From an uncultured bacterium (lineage in GTDB: Bacteria > Patescibacteriota > Minisyncoccia > Phycocordibacterales > UBA918): 45,983 nucleotides of DNA. Below the pieces are notes generated by a model, which was given only the letters and a program-made list of their open reading frames with translations, searched no databases and was not told the origin of the DNA. Positions within the stretch are counted from its first letter, which is position 1, and each line of letters begins with the position of its first letter. Below, one piece after another: positions 9,485-18,061 of this stretch. The stretch lies in assembly GCA_913050645.1 (NCBI GenBank), contig CAJXAG010000001.1:1-45983 (forward strand). Direction: 5' to 3'. The translations under genes were made by a program, and so were the position numbers.

Positions 9485-10267
9485 CTAGTAGCGTATCTTC
9501 CAGCCAATACTAAACAAATACTTCACAAGACCCACCAAAAATACAGCTAGGCCAACAATCACTACAAGACCCACTTCACTATTTGCTTCAGAGTACCCGA
9601 TCATGCTGCTTCGGATACCATCAGCGAAGTAGAAGAAGGGGTTCAGGAGTGTAATTTTTGCAGCAAGCTCTGGCAAAAAGGTAATCGAGTAGAAGATACC
9701 GCCGAGATACGTCAGTGGTGTAATCACAAATGTATTCATCACCTGCAGCTGTTCGAAGCTCTCTGCCCAAAGCGCAACCAGCATCCCCAGCGAACCGAAT
9801 ATAGCAGCAATCGCAAGCACATAGAACACAAACATAATAGGATTCACCAACTGCACCGCACCAAAGAGTGACCCTACCCCCAGAATCAGAAATGCAACCA
9901 GAAGCGCTCGCCCAAGTGACTCAGAAAGCAGGCCGATGATCATCTCAGTGTATGATAGTGGCGCAATCAAAATCTCCTCGAGTCCTCTTCCCCAGCGCAG
10001 GAAATAGAGCGCTGAAGACGCGCTCGAGAACGATGCGTTAATGATCGCAAGCATCAAGATACCGGGAAACACAAACGATATGTACGGCACGCCGGCAAAA
10101 TCATCAATCTTCGTACCGATCACCGTCCCAAAGATAAAAATATACAACGCAGAAGACACCACTGGTGCAACGAGCGTCTGTATCGCTACCCGAAAGGTGC
10201 GCTTCATCCCTTTACGGAGGAATGTGTAAATTCCAATCCAATTAACTTTCATCATGTTTTCATTCAT
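9485..10267 (-). CDS. ABC-2 type transporter permease (YadH-like)
   Basis: About six TM segments, FVFPGILM, PLTYLGGIFY, LNPFFY. Confidence 0.88.
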   Translation of the reverse strand: MNENMMKVNWIGIYTFLRKGMKRTFRVAIQTLVAPVVSSALYIFIFGTVIGTKIDDFAGVPYISFVFPGILMLAIINASFSSASSALYFLRWGRGLEEILIAPLSYTEMIIGLLSESLGRALLVAFLILGVGSLFGAVQLVNPIMFVFYVLAIAAIFGSLGMLVALWAESFEQLQVMNTFVITPLTYLGGIFYSITFLPELAAKITLLNPFFYFADGIRSSMIGYSEANSEVGLVVIVGLAVFLVGLVKYLFSIGWKIRY

Positions 10268-10272
10268 AGTCC

Positions 10273-10406
10273 AATAATTTGATTAAAATTGATTTAAATG
10301 GGATGAGCTACGAGGAAGACAAGAAAAATAAATCGAGGTGTATGTTGGTATACAGTGAGATTTCTTTTTTACAGTCTGACAAAGTAGATCGATCATTTTA
10401 ATTATT
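10273..10406. repeat. Stop-codon-anchored structured repeat, family A (ABC ATPase)
   Basis: tac-gaggaagac-aag-aaaa..gag-gtgtat..atacag-tgag..gtctgacaaa-gtag core; imperfect terminal IR over stop at 10398-10400. Confidence 0.8.
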
Positions 10407-11144
10407 TTTTGCTTCGCGAGTAATCTCTAAGTATGTTTCTTCGACCGATTTTCCGTCTTTCATAAACTCTTCTTTTGTTCCTTGCGCAACAATCTTCCCT
10501 TTGTTAATAATCGCAATATGGTTACATAAGTACTGAATCTCCTCAAGATAGTGCGAGGTAAGAATGATCGTCTTCCCACGTTCATTCATTTCTTTAAGAT
10601 ATTCCCAAAGATCATGCCGTTGCTCCACATCTACTCCAGCAGTCGGCTCATCGAGAATCAACAGGTCAGGTGTATGAATGAGCGCGCGGGCAAGAATTGC
10701 TCGTCGCTTCAGACCCCCGGAAAGCTTCTGAAAGCTGGTATCCTTGTGCTCATTGAGATCAAATCGATCAAGTAGTTCAGCACCTCGTTTTCTTCGCACC
10801 GCAGCCGAAATACCATAAAACCCACCCATGAAGTCAATAAGCTGCGAAGGGGTTGCAAATATATCAACATTGAACTCCTGTGGTGAGAGCCCTACCTTCA
10901 ATCGCGCTTGCTTGTAGTCTTTGACTACATCGAGTCCATCAATAGTAATTGACCCTTCGGTTGGTTGTGCAATACCCGTTATACAGTGAATGGTTGTACT
11001 TTTTCCTGCACCGTTTGGACCCAACAGACCATAAAAACTCCCTTTGGGTATAGACAGCGATACACCATCTACCGCACGCTTTGCACTCTTCCCTTTTCCG
11101 TAGACTTTTACCAAGTCTTTTATTTCAAGCATTACATCAGTCAT
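10398..11144 (-). CDS. ABC transporter ATP-binding protein (YadG-like)
   Basis: GPNGAGKST, LSGG, LLILDEPT; ATG at 11144. Confidence 0.92.
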   Translation of the reverse strand: MTDVMLEIKDLVKVYGKGKSAKRAVDGVSLSIPKGSFYGLLGPNGAGKSTTIHCITGIAQPTEGSITIDGLDVVKDYKQARLKVGLSPQEFNVDIFATPSQLIDFMGGFYGISAAVRRKRGAELLDRFDLNEHKDTSFQKLSGGLKRRAILARALIHTPDLLILDEPTAGVDVEQRHDLWEYLKEMNERGKTIILTSHYLEEIQYLCNHIAIINKGKIVAQGTKEEFMKDGKSVEETYLEITREAKNN

Positions 11145-11208
11145 GGGTACCATTGTATCAGTTCACACTCTTTGACGCACAAACGGAAACTTGTCTACAA
11201 TACTTGTC

Positions 11209-11769
11209 CTACAGATTAAATCTTTCTTTGATTGCACTAGCTACTGCTTCAGGACCTAATTTTGTGTTGTTGATACGTAGGTAATTCTCTTCTTCTATCT
11301 CCCCTTCTTTTGAATTAAGTCTGTGATTCTCTACAGAATTTAATAAGTTAGATTCTGACCATTCAACATCACGCTTACTGGGTTTATGTACCAGTCTATG
11401 TTCCGTTTTATTTCTTTCAATTCGGACTTCTGTATCTGCTTCTAACTCAACTAAACAAACCTCAGCATTTTCACTTGAGAAAAAATTTGAAATCTCTTTT
11501 ACACGCTTCCATTCTGCAGGATCGTCAAAGTTACAAATTATTGTGAAGACAAGACCGTACTTGTCACTGCTTGCAAAAGTTTTAAAAATCTCATCTCTAA
11601 ACAATTTAATTAATTTTTGAGCTTCGGGAGTCTCATAATCAAAAAGACTCACAACAAGTTCTATTGTCATGTGATTATGGAAAAGTTTGAGGTCAGTAAT
11701 CTTTTCCAGCTCATGTCCTACTGTCATTTTTCCTACTGCTTGTGGGCCAGTAATAATTACAAGTTTCAT
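11209..11769 (-). CDS. P-loop kinase/AAA family (shikimate-kinase-like)
   Basis: GPQAVGKMT Walker A, LFHNH motif; ATG at 11769. Confidence 0.75.
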   Translation of the reverse strand: MKLVIITGPQAVGKMTVGHELEKITDLKLFHNHMTIELVVSLFDYETPEAQKLIKLFRDEIFKTFASSDKYGLVFTIICNFDDPAEWKRVKEISNFFSSENAEVCLVELEADTEVRIERNKTEHRLVHKPSKRDVEWSESNLLNSVENHRLNSKEGEIEEENYLRINNTKLGPEAVASAIKERFNL

Positions 11770-11872
11770 GACTCTAGTGTAGCAAAAACGGTATATGTAG
11801 AACAAGCTGGAGGACAGGTACTAAAATATAGGTCTTGCAATTTGGGCACAGGAACTGCATAGTGCTTTCGTT

Positions 11873-12766
11873 ATGGACGAAGAAGAAAAGTGGTTGCTGG
11901 AGGAGAAATACAGTGGCACGGAAAGCTTCGCTTTCCGTGCAGATTTAGAACTGCTCAAAAACGGCACTCCTCTCGCCTACCTCATTGGATCAATCCCCTT
12001 TTTAGACTGCACCATTCACCTCGACTCACACCCACTGATCCCACGTTCTGAAACCGAATTCTGGACCGAGCAAGCTATCAAGGTCATTCGAAATTTCGAG
12101 CGTACGTACGAACGTACGTACGACCATAACTCCCCCCAAGGCAGCCCTAGGGAACTCCCCGGACAAAACCCGAGGCCCGGCCTAGGGCTGGCCCTAGGCC
12201 GGGCCTCGGGAGAAGTTCATGTCCTGGATCTGTGTGCGGGCTCAGGAGCAATCGGTGTCGCCGTCGCCAAAGCGATCCCACAAGCACAGGTCGATTTTGC
12301 AGAAATTGACCCAGCTCACCTCCCTACCATCGAAAAAAACATCGAACACAACCTCAAACCGACATGTCGGAGGTCTAACCTCCAACATGGGCAATGTCGT
12401 GTGATTGAAAGCAATCTCTTTACGCCGAGTGCAGGGTTAAACCGCGAACTTGGGAAATATGACTTTATTCTCACTAACCCGCCCTATATTGATCCTGCAA
12501 TCGACCGTACTGAAACTTCCGTAAAGCTGCACGAGCCACACCTTGCGCTGTATGGCGGAGCTGAAGGTATGGAATGTATTGCAAAAATCATAGCAGAAGC
12601 ACCGAAACATCTCACGTTACATGGTCAACTCTGGATCGAACACGAACCTGAGCAGGTAGATGCAATTACTGCTCTTGCTGCAGAAAATGATTTGTTTAGC
12701 ACGACTCACAACGACCAGTACAACACACCTCGCTATAGTGTTGTAACGCGCACTGTGGCAGAATAA
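11873..12766 (+). CDS. prmC: Release factor glutamine methyltransferase with palindrome-encoded insertions
   Basis: PLAYLIG, LIPRSETE, LDLCAGSG, TNPPY. Confidence 0.88.
   Translation: MDEEEKWLLEEKYSGTESFAFRADLELLKNGTPLAYLIGSIPFLDCTIHLDSHPLIPRSETEFWTEQAIKVIRNFERTYERTYDHNSPQGSPRELPGQNPRPGLGLALGRASGEVHVLDLCAGSGAIGVAVAKAIPQAQVDFAEIDPAHLPTIEKNIEHNLKPTCRRSNLQHGQCRVIESNLFTPSAGLNRELGKYDFILTNPPYIDPAIDRTETSVKLHEPHLALYGGAEGMECIAKIIAEAPKHLTLHGQLWIEHEPEQVDAITALAAENDLFSTTHNDQYNTPRYSVVTRTVAE
12169..12210. repeat. Perfect 20 bp inverted repeat inside prmC
   Basis: cccgaggcccggcctagggc-tg-gccctaggccgggcctcggg. Confidence 0.9.
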
Positions 12767-12770
12767 AGCA

Positions 12771-13004
12771 ATGGAACCCATTATTGACGGATCGATACCT
12801 ACCCGCGTTATGGAGTTTGGTGCTGAAGGTCTTTTTTACCTTATCACGCTCATTTTCCTTTTCTTTTCGCTGAGTATTGCATATCATTGGCTCGCATACG
12901 GCACCAACCGCTCACAAAGCGTCTTGTTTCTGGTCATCTTTATCATGGTAAGCATGCTCTTTTTTATTGGTATGACAGTCTCACTTAACACCTTCCAGTT
13001 CTAG
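12771..13004 (+). CDS. Small two-TM membrane protein
   Basis: 77 aa, two hydrophobic helices, YHW motif, operonic spacing. Confidence 0.7.
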   Translation: MEPIIDGSIPTRVMEFGAEGLFYLITLIFLFFSLSIAYHWLAYGTNRSQSVLFLVIFIMVSMLFFIGMTVSLNTFQF

Positions 13005-13007
13005 GCT

Positions 13008-13577
13008 ATGTTGTTTGAAAAAATAAAACTCGAAGATGACGAGAAGGTGCGGAAGGTCGTACATAAGCACTGGTTTGTACTTTTCAGTAGAACTGTTGGG
13101 GTTGTTGCGGCAGCACTATTCCCCGCAGTTGCCTGGATCGTACTTGGTATACTGCTGCAATCAGATCAAAGTCCACTGCTGATAGATCTTTCCGGCTATC
13201 TTTCCTATTTTATCTTCTTCTACAGTGCTTGGCTTTTGTTTAGCTGGATGACACTCGCGTACATATTTACTGACCATCACCTCGACATCTGGATTATTAC
13301 CGATCGAAGAATCATCTCAATTGACCAAAAAGGTCTATTTCGCCGATACATCGGAAGCTTCCGTCTGGAAAAACTACAGGACATAAATATCGCCATCGAT
13401 GGTATCGTCGCAACATTCCTCAACTACGGCATGGTGGAAGCACAAACCGCCAGTGGCAGCGAAGAGGAGTTCCAATCATTCCATCTACCAAAGCCGCGAG
13501 AACTCAAAGCGATTATTCTTGAAGCAGCCGACAATCGTATGCACACACAAAGCACACAGCAGCAACAGACCGAATAA
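13008..13577 (+). CDS. Membrane protein with bacterial PH domain
   Basis: HKHW, two TMs, WIITDRRII, LEKLQDI, NYGMVEAQTA. Confidence 0.75.
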   Translation: MLFEKIKLEDDEKVRKVVHKHWFVLFSRTVGVVAAALFPAVAWIVLGILLQSDQSPLLIDLSGYLSYFIFFYSAWLLFSWMTLAYIFTDHHLDIWIITDRRIISIDQKGLFRRYIGSFRLEKLQDINIAIDGIVATFLNYGMVEAQTASGSEEEFQSFHLPKPRELKAIILEAADNRMHTQSTQQQQTE

Positions 13578-13618
13578 GTTGCAATTACTATCCGACTTCA
13601 CTAAAATCAACCAACACT

Positions 13619-14908
13619 ATGACAAACAAGCTTTCAACTGATCCGTACAAGGGCGTACGCGACTTTTATCCAGAAGACATGGCCGTGCAACGGTACATGT
13701 TTGATGTATGGCGCATGACCGCCGAGCATTTTGGGTTTGAGGCATATGACGCGTCGGTACTTGAACCAGCAGAACTCTATCGAAGCAAAACAAGTGAAGA
13801 GATCATCAACGAACAAACCTACACGTTTACCGACCGTGGTGACCGTGAAGTAACGCTTCGTCCAGAGATGACCCCGACGGTTGCACGTATGGTTGCAGGA
13901 CGACGTCGTGAACTTACATTTCCAGTACGATGGTACTCTATCCCCAATCTCTTTCGGTACGAACGAATGCAACGCGGACGTCTGCGCGAACACTGGCAGT
14001 TAAACTGCGACATCTTTGGGGTGGATGATGTATCTGCAGACATTGAAATTCTGCTGCTGGCTAACGAAATCTTCAAAAACTTTGGTGCGGAAAACGGCAC
14101 ACACTATGCGATATATGTCTCAAGTCGCAAACTGCTTGAGGTGTTATATGACACACTAGATCTCGACACTCAAGCGCGCACCGCAGCAACACGACTGTCT
14201 GACCGAAAGAACAAAATGGGAGCTGATGAGTTTAAAGCAAAAATGCAGCTTATCTGCGGTGGCGCTACCGCAGACGTACTCACATTTCTCAATGCAGACA
14301 ATATCGATGTCGTTCCAGAGGCAGTCAAAGAAAGTGATGCGTATACAGAACTCCAGACACTCATTGCAACCATGAAAGAAACAGGTACTCCGGTGGCGTT
14401 TGACCCAACGATTATTCGCGGTTTCGACTACTACACAGGCATTGTGTTTGAAGTGGTCGACCTACACCCCGAAAACAACCGAGCAATGATGGGGGGCGGC
14501 CGTTACGACAACCTAACTGGGCTGTTTGGTGGTGAACCAATCCCCGGTATTGGATTTGGTTTTGGTGACGTGACCTTACGTGACTTCCTTATCAGCCATG
14601 AGCTTATGACTACTGATATTACATCACCACAACTGGCAGTACTGCCGACCGACACTGAGAACAATGTCGCCGCACAAAAGCTTGCCCAGAACTTCCGTAA
14701 CGCAGGTATCTCTACCTCGGTGGACCTCAGCCCAAAAAAAGTTGGTAAGAAGATTGCAAACGCCGGGGCGCAGTTTATTGATTACGCACTAGTATTAGGT
14801 GAAGATGAGATCGCTTCAGGAACTTACACGGTGAAAGACCTACTGGAAGGCTCAGAACTCTCTGGTACACTACAGGAACTTATTGATCAACTGAGTAACA
14901 ATGGCTAA
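13619..14908 (+). CDS. hisS: Histidine--tRNA ligase
   Basis: KGVRDF, LRPEMTP, FRYERMQRGRLREHWQ, RGFDYYTG, GGGRYD. Confidence 0.95.
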   Translation: MTNKLSTDPYKGVRDFYPEDMAVQRYMFDVWRMTAEHFGFEAYDASVLEPAELYRSKTSEEIINEQTYTFTDRGDREVTLRPEMTPTVARMVAGRRRELTFPVRWYSIPNLFRYERMQRGRLREHWQLNCDIFGVDDVSADIEILLLANEIFKNFGAENGTHYAIYVSSRKLLEVLYDTLDLDTQARTAATRLSDRKNKMGADEFKAKMQLICGGATADVLTFLNADNIDVVPEAVKESDAYTELQTLIATMKETGTPVAFDPTIIRGFDYYTGIVFEVVDLHPENNRAMMGGGRYDNLTGLFGGEPIPGIGFGFGDVTLRDFLISHELMTTDITSPQLAVLPTDTENNVAAQKLAQNFRNAGISTSVDLSPKKVGKKIANAGAQFIDYALVLGEDEIASGTYTVKDLLEGSELSGTLQELIDQLSNNG

Positions 14909-15500
14909 CACACCACAGTACAAACTGAACTACGTTATTTTTGACCTTGAAACCCAAAACATCTTCCAAGATGTTGGTTCTAACGATGCTGCTGACCTGG
15001 ATATCTCAGTCGCAACGTTTTACGAGACCAGTACCGACAAGTACACCACCGTCCATATCGATGACCTGGAGAGCGTGTGGCCAATCCTTGAGCGTGCAGA
15101 CGCATTGGTAACCTACAATGGTAACCATTTTGACATTCCACTATTAAATAAGTACTATCCAGGCGACCTTACACAGATCAAAAGTATTGATATGCTTGTG
15201 TCGATTAAAGACTCTCTTGGACGTCGACTTCGTCTTGATTCAGTCGCAAGCGCAACGGTAGGCGCAAAGAAGTCAGCAGACGGCCTCCAAGCCGTGCGTT
15301 GGTGGCGTGAAGGAAAAGTGAAAGAGATCATGAAGTATTGTGAACAAGACGTAAAGGTCACCAAGAAAGTATTCGACTATGCACTTCTCAATAGTGCCGT
15401 TAAGTTCAAAGACGGCTACCGCAAGAAAGACATCGAGCTCGACACCTCAGACTGGGAAACAAAGGAGGAGGTTTCCATGACACACTCGCTTCTGTTTTAA
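14901..15500 (+). CDS. RNase H-like 3'-5' exonuclease domain protein (YprB-like)
   Basis: FDLET, YNGNHFD, YCEQDV DEDD-type motifs. Confidence 0.8.
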   Translation: MANTPQYKLNYVIFDLETQNIFQDVGSNDAADLDISVATFYETSTDKYTTVHIDDLESVWPILERADALVTYNGNHFDIPLLNKYYPGDLTQIKSIDMLVSIKDSLGRRLRLDSVASATVGAKKSADGLQAVRWWREGKVKEIMKYCEQDVKVTKKVFDYALLNSAVKFKDGYRKKDIELDTSDWETKEEVSMTHSLLF

Positions 15501-15504
15501 ATCT

Positions 15505-15565
15505 CCTGGATTGCTTCACCTAAAGGTTCGCAATGACAGCACCGCTCGCTTCGCGAGCGGTGTTG
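15505..15565. repeat. REP-like element family B plus terminator hairpin
   Basis: cctggattgcttc...ttcgcaatgac then cagcaccgctcgc-ttc-gcgagcggtgttg. Confidence 0.7.
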
Positions 15566-15635
15566 TTTTTTATTGACTTTTAGTCCAATTTTGCTTTACT
15601 GCACACAGACGAAACGCCATAGAAAAGAATGGAAA

Positions 15636-15926
15636 ATGGCCTATGCAACTCGTGATGATCTCGCTAACCAAGTGTACTCACTTGAAAAAAGGTTAAAAGA
15701 GGAGCAGGAAGCTTTTAAGGTAAAACAAATGGAACTACGTACTCTTCTTGAGAACTACGACACACTTAAGGAGGACCGAGATCAATATATTAAAAAGTAT
15801 CACAATGCCCTTCGTGACATTGGAGCAGTCAAAATAAAGTTCCGCAAGTGGGAAAAGAAACAGCGTCAGAAATATAATGAACTTATGCGCACACACCTCG
15901 CAGTGATTGCATTTCTAACAAAATAG
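15636..15926 (+). CDS. Hypothetical coiled-coil protein (orphan cassette; possibly frameshifted, true end 16011)
   Basis: TTGACT at 15573, purine-rich RBS, charged helical ORF, hairpin 16013-16038. Confidence 0.6.
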   Translation: MAYATRDDLANQVYSLEKRLKEEQEAFKVKQMELRTLLENYDTLKEDRDQYIKKYHNALRDIGAVKIKFRKWEKKQRQKYNELMRTHLAVIAFLTK

Positions 15927-16115
15927 ATACACTGAACAGGTAAAATTACTCAGTGTTGACATTATGGGAGAACCTGTTCTTACAGTTGATTCTGGAGAAG
16001 AATACACATAACAACCATCCGATACTTTCGGGTGGTTTTCTTATTGATTACGTCAACTTATCTTTGGATAAATGGAACAAATGCGTAATACTGAAAATTT
16101 CAAAATCACGTTACA

Positions 16116-16245
16116 CGTGTTCGGTTAAAATTGGATGAAGTACAAGGCACGCAAAGCAAATGACGCCGAGCCTTACTTTACTGTAAGGTGAGCGCTCATT
16201 TGTCTGCAGCGTAACGCAGTAGTTCGCCAATTTTAACCGAACACG
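16116..16245. repeat. Stop-codon-anchored structured repeat, family A (uppP)
   Basis: 19 bp perfect terminal IR cgtgttcggttaaaattgg/ccaattttaaccgaacacg covering uppP last codons and stop; gag-ccttac..gtaagg-tgag core. Confidence 0.85.
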
Positions 16246-17042
16246 AAGATGAAGATGACGAAAGAAGCTAAAATAATTCTGTACCAAATGAACGGCCATA
16301 GCGTGTGCTTTTTTAGAAAACTAATCATAAAATGAATGGCAGCAAGACCGATTAAAAATGACACCGCTGCCCCCACTGTCACCGGGAGCCACGCAACTGA
16401 TTCGTTGCTGGCCAATAGCTCAAGAAATTTCTTCAAACCCGCTCCAGTAATGACCGGTACGGCCATCAAAAATGCAAACCGCGTTGCCTCCGAACGAGAA
16501 AGTCCCAGCATCATACCTCCAGAAATAGTTGCTCCCGACCGAGACATCCCCGGAATAAGTGCAAGTGCTTGAAAAAGCCCTATCTTGAAACCTTTTTTGG
16601 GACTCATGGTATTGGTCTGTGGGCGATTTTGATACACCCATTCTGCATATATAAAAAACACTGATCCTGCAATCAGTACACCTGCCACCAGAAGCGGATG
16701 TCGAAACGTTTTCTCCATAAGTGACTCAAGGAAAAATCCAAGCACCACTGCAGGTATCGTTGCTACTAACAACGAATACAATAGGGTCTCATCGCGTTTA
16801 TTTACCGGCAAGCGTCCAAGCTTACGCAACCCCGCTTGTGTTAGTTGCCAGATATCGGGAAAGAAATACACGATTACTGCGGTTGCTGTTGCTAAATGCA
16901 AAACTGCATCAAAAGCAAGACCGTACGCGTCTTCGACTCCAAAGAGAGCACGTACGAGAATCAGGTGCCCTGTCGAAGAAACGGGAAGGAATTCTGTTAG
17001 ACCTTGCACTACACCCAGCATCACCGCTTCGAAAATAGTCAT
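16233..17042 (-). CDS. uppP: Undecaprenyl-diphosphate phosphatase (BacA)
   Basis: QGLTEFLPVSSTGH, PGMSRSGATI; ATG at 17042. Confidence 0.95.
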   Translation of the reverse strand: MTIFEAVMLGVVQGLTEFLPVSSTGHLILVRALFGVEDAYGLAFDAVLHLATATAVIVYFFPDIWQLTQAGLRKLGRLPVNKRDETLLYSLLVATIPAVVLGFFLESLMEKTFRHPLLVAGVLIAGSVFFIYAEWVYQNRPQTNTMSPKKGFKIGLFQALALIPGMSRSGATISGGMMLGLSRSEATRFAFLMAVPVITGAGLKKFLELLASNESVAWLPVTVGAAVSFLIGLAAIHFMISFLKKHTLWPFIWYRIILASFVIFIFVFG

Positions 17043-17232
17043 ATTGTAGAAATAGTTTAAAACGCACATCGCTAGGATTAATAAAATAGTTTCGTACCTT
17101 TATGCGCTGAGAAGTTTCAAACCACTTCTTATATTTTAGCCCTTTATAGACACATCTTCCACTTTATCCTAGGTATAAAGGTAAATTGTGCATGTTATAA
17201 TTTTTATATATCACTATATGTAAAGATTATCT

Positions 17233-18009
17233 ATGGAGCCTGAAACAACACAAGAAAATATACGGGCACAAGCGCCAGCATCACAAGCACAAAATCCTTT
17301 TATCATTCCAGGAGCAATCCTTATTGGTTTTGCAATGATCGCCGCTGCCATCTACTTCAGCGGGGGCTTTGGTGGAGGAAGCACTACGCCTATTGTTGCA
17401 CAAGAACAGCCAAAAGAAGCTCAAGAAGTTGGATCAATTCGTCCTATTAACGAGGATGATCACGTTCTTGGGAATCCAAACGCACCAATTGTCATTATAG
17501 AATACTCAGACTATGACTGCCCATTCTGTAAAAAATTCCACGAAACAATGAAAAGCATTGTGGCAGACTACGGCCCAACTGGACAAGTTGCGTGGGTGTA
17601 CCGACAATTCCCAATTGACCAGCTCCATCCAAACGCTACCGGTATTGCGCTCGCTTCTGAATGTGTGGCAGACCTAGCTGGCAATGATGCCTTTTGGACT
17701 TTCACTGACCTTGTCTTCAGTGAACGTACCGCAGACGCGCCAACGAACACCACGAAGCTTGTAGATTATGCTGTCCAGGCCGGTGCAGATCAGACAGCGT
17801 TTGAAAGCTGTGTTTCAGAAGGAAAATTCATCGATCACATAACAGAAGAGTACCAAGAGGGTGTCGCCGCTGGTGTACAAGGTACTCCACACTCATTTGT
17901 GCAAGTTGCTGGTCAGCAAATTGTCATCAACGGTGCCCAGCCATATGAAAACGTAAAGCAAACCATTGAAACGATCTTAACCCAGGTTACCGGGGGTACC
18001 ACCGAGTAA
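17233..18009 (+). CDS. Membrane-anchored DsbA-family thiol-disulfide oxidoreductase
   Basis: N-terminal TM, EYSDYDCPFC, GVQGTP, INGAQPY. Confidence 0.88.
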   Translation: MEPETTQENIRAQAPASQAQNPFIIPGAILIGFAMIAAAIYFSGGFGGGSTTPIVAQEQPKEAQEVGSIRPINEDDHVLGNPNAPIVIIEYSDYDCPFCKKFHETMKSIVADYGPTGQVAWVYRQFPIDQLHPNATGIALASECVADLAGNDAFWTFTDLVFSERTADAPTNTTKLVDYAVQAGADQTAFESCVSEGKFIDHITEEYQEGVAAGVQGTPHSFVQVAGQQIVINGAQPYENVKQTIETILTQVTGGTTE

Positions 18010-18025
18010 GAAATGTATCGCAAGC

Positions 18026-18061
18026 AACAAAAAACCGACACTATTACGTCGGTTTTTTGTT
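18026..18061. terminator. Bidirectional terminator
   Basis: aacaaaaaaccgac...gtcggttttttgtt between convergent genes. Confidence 0.75.
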
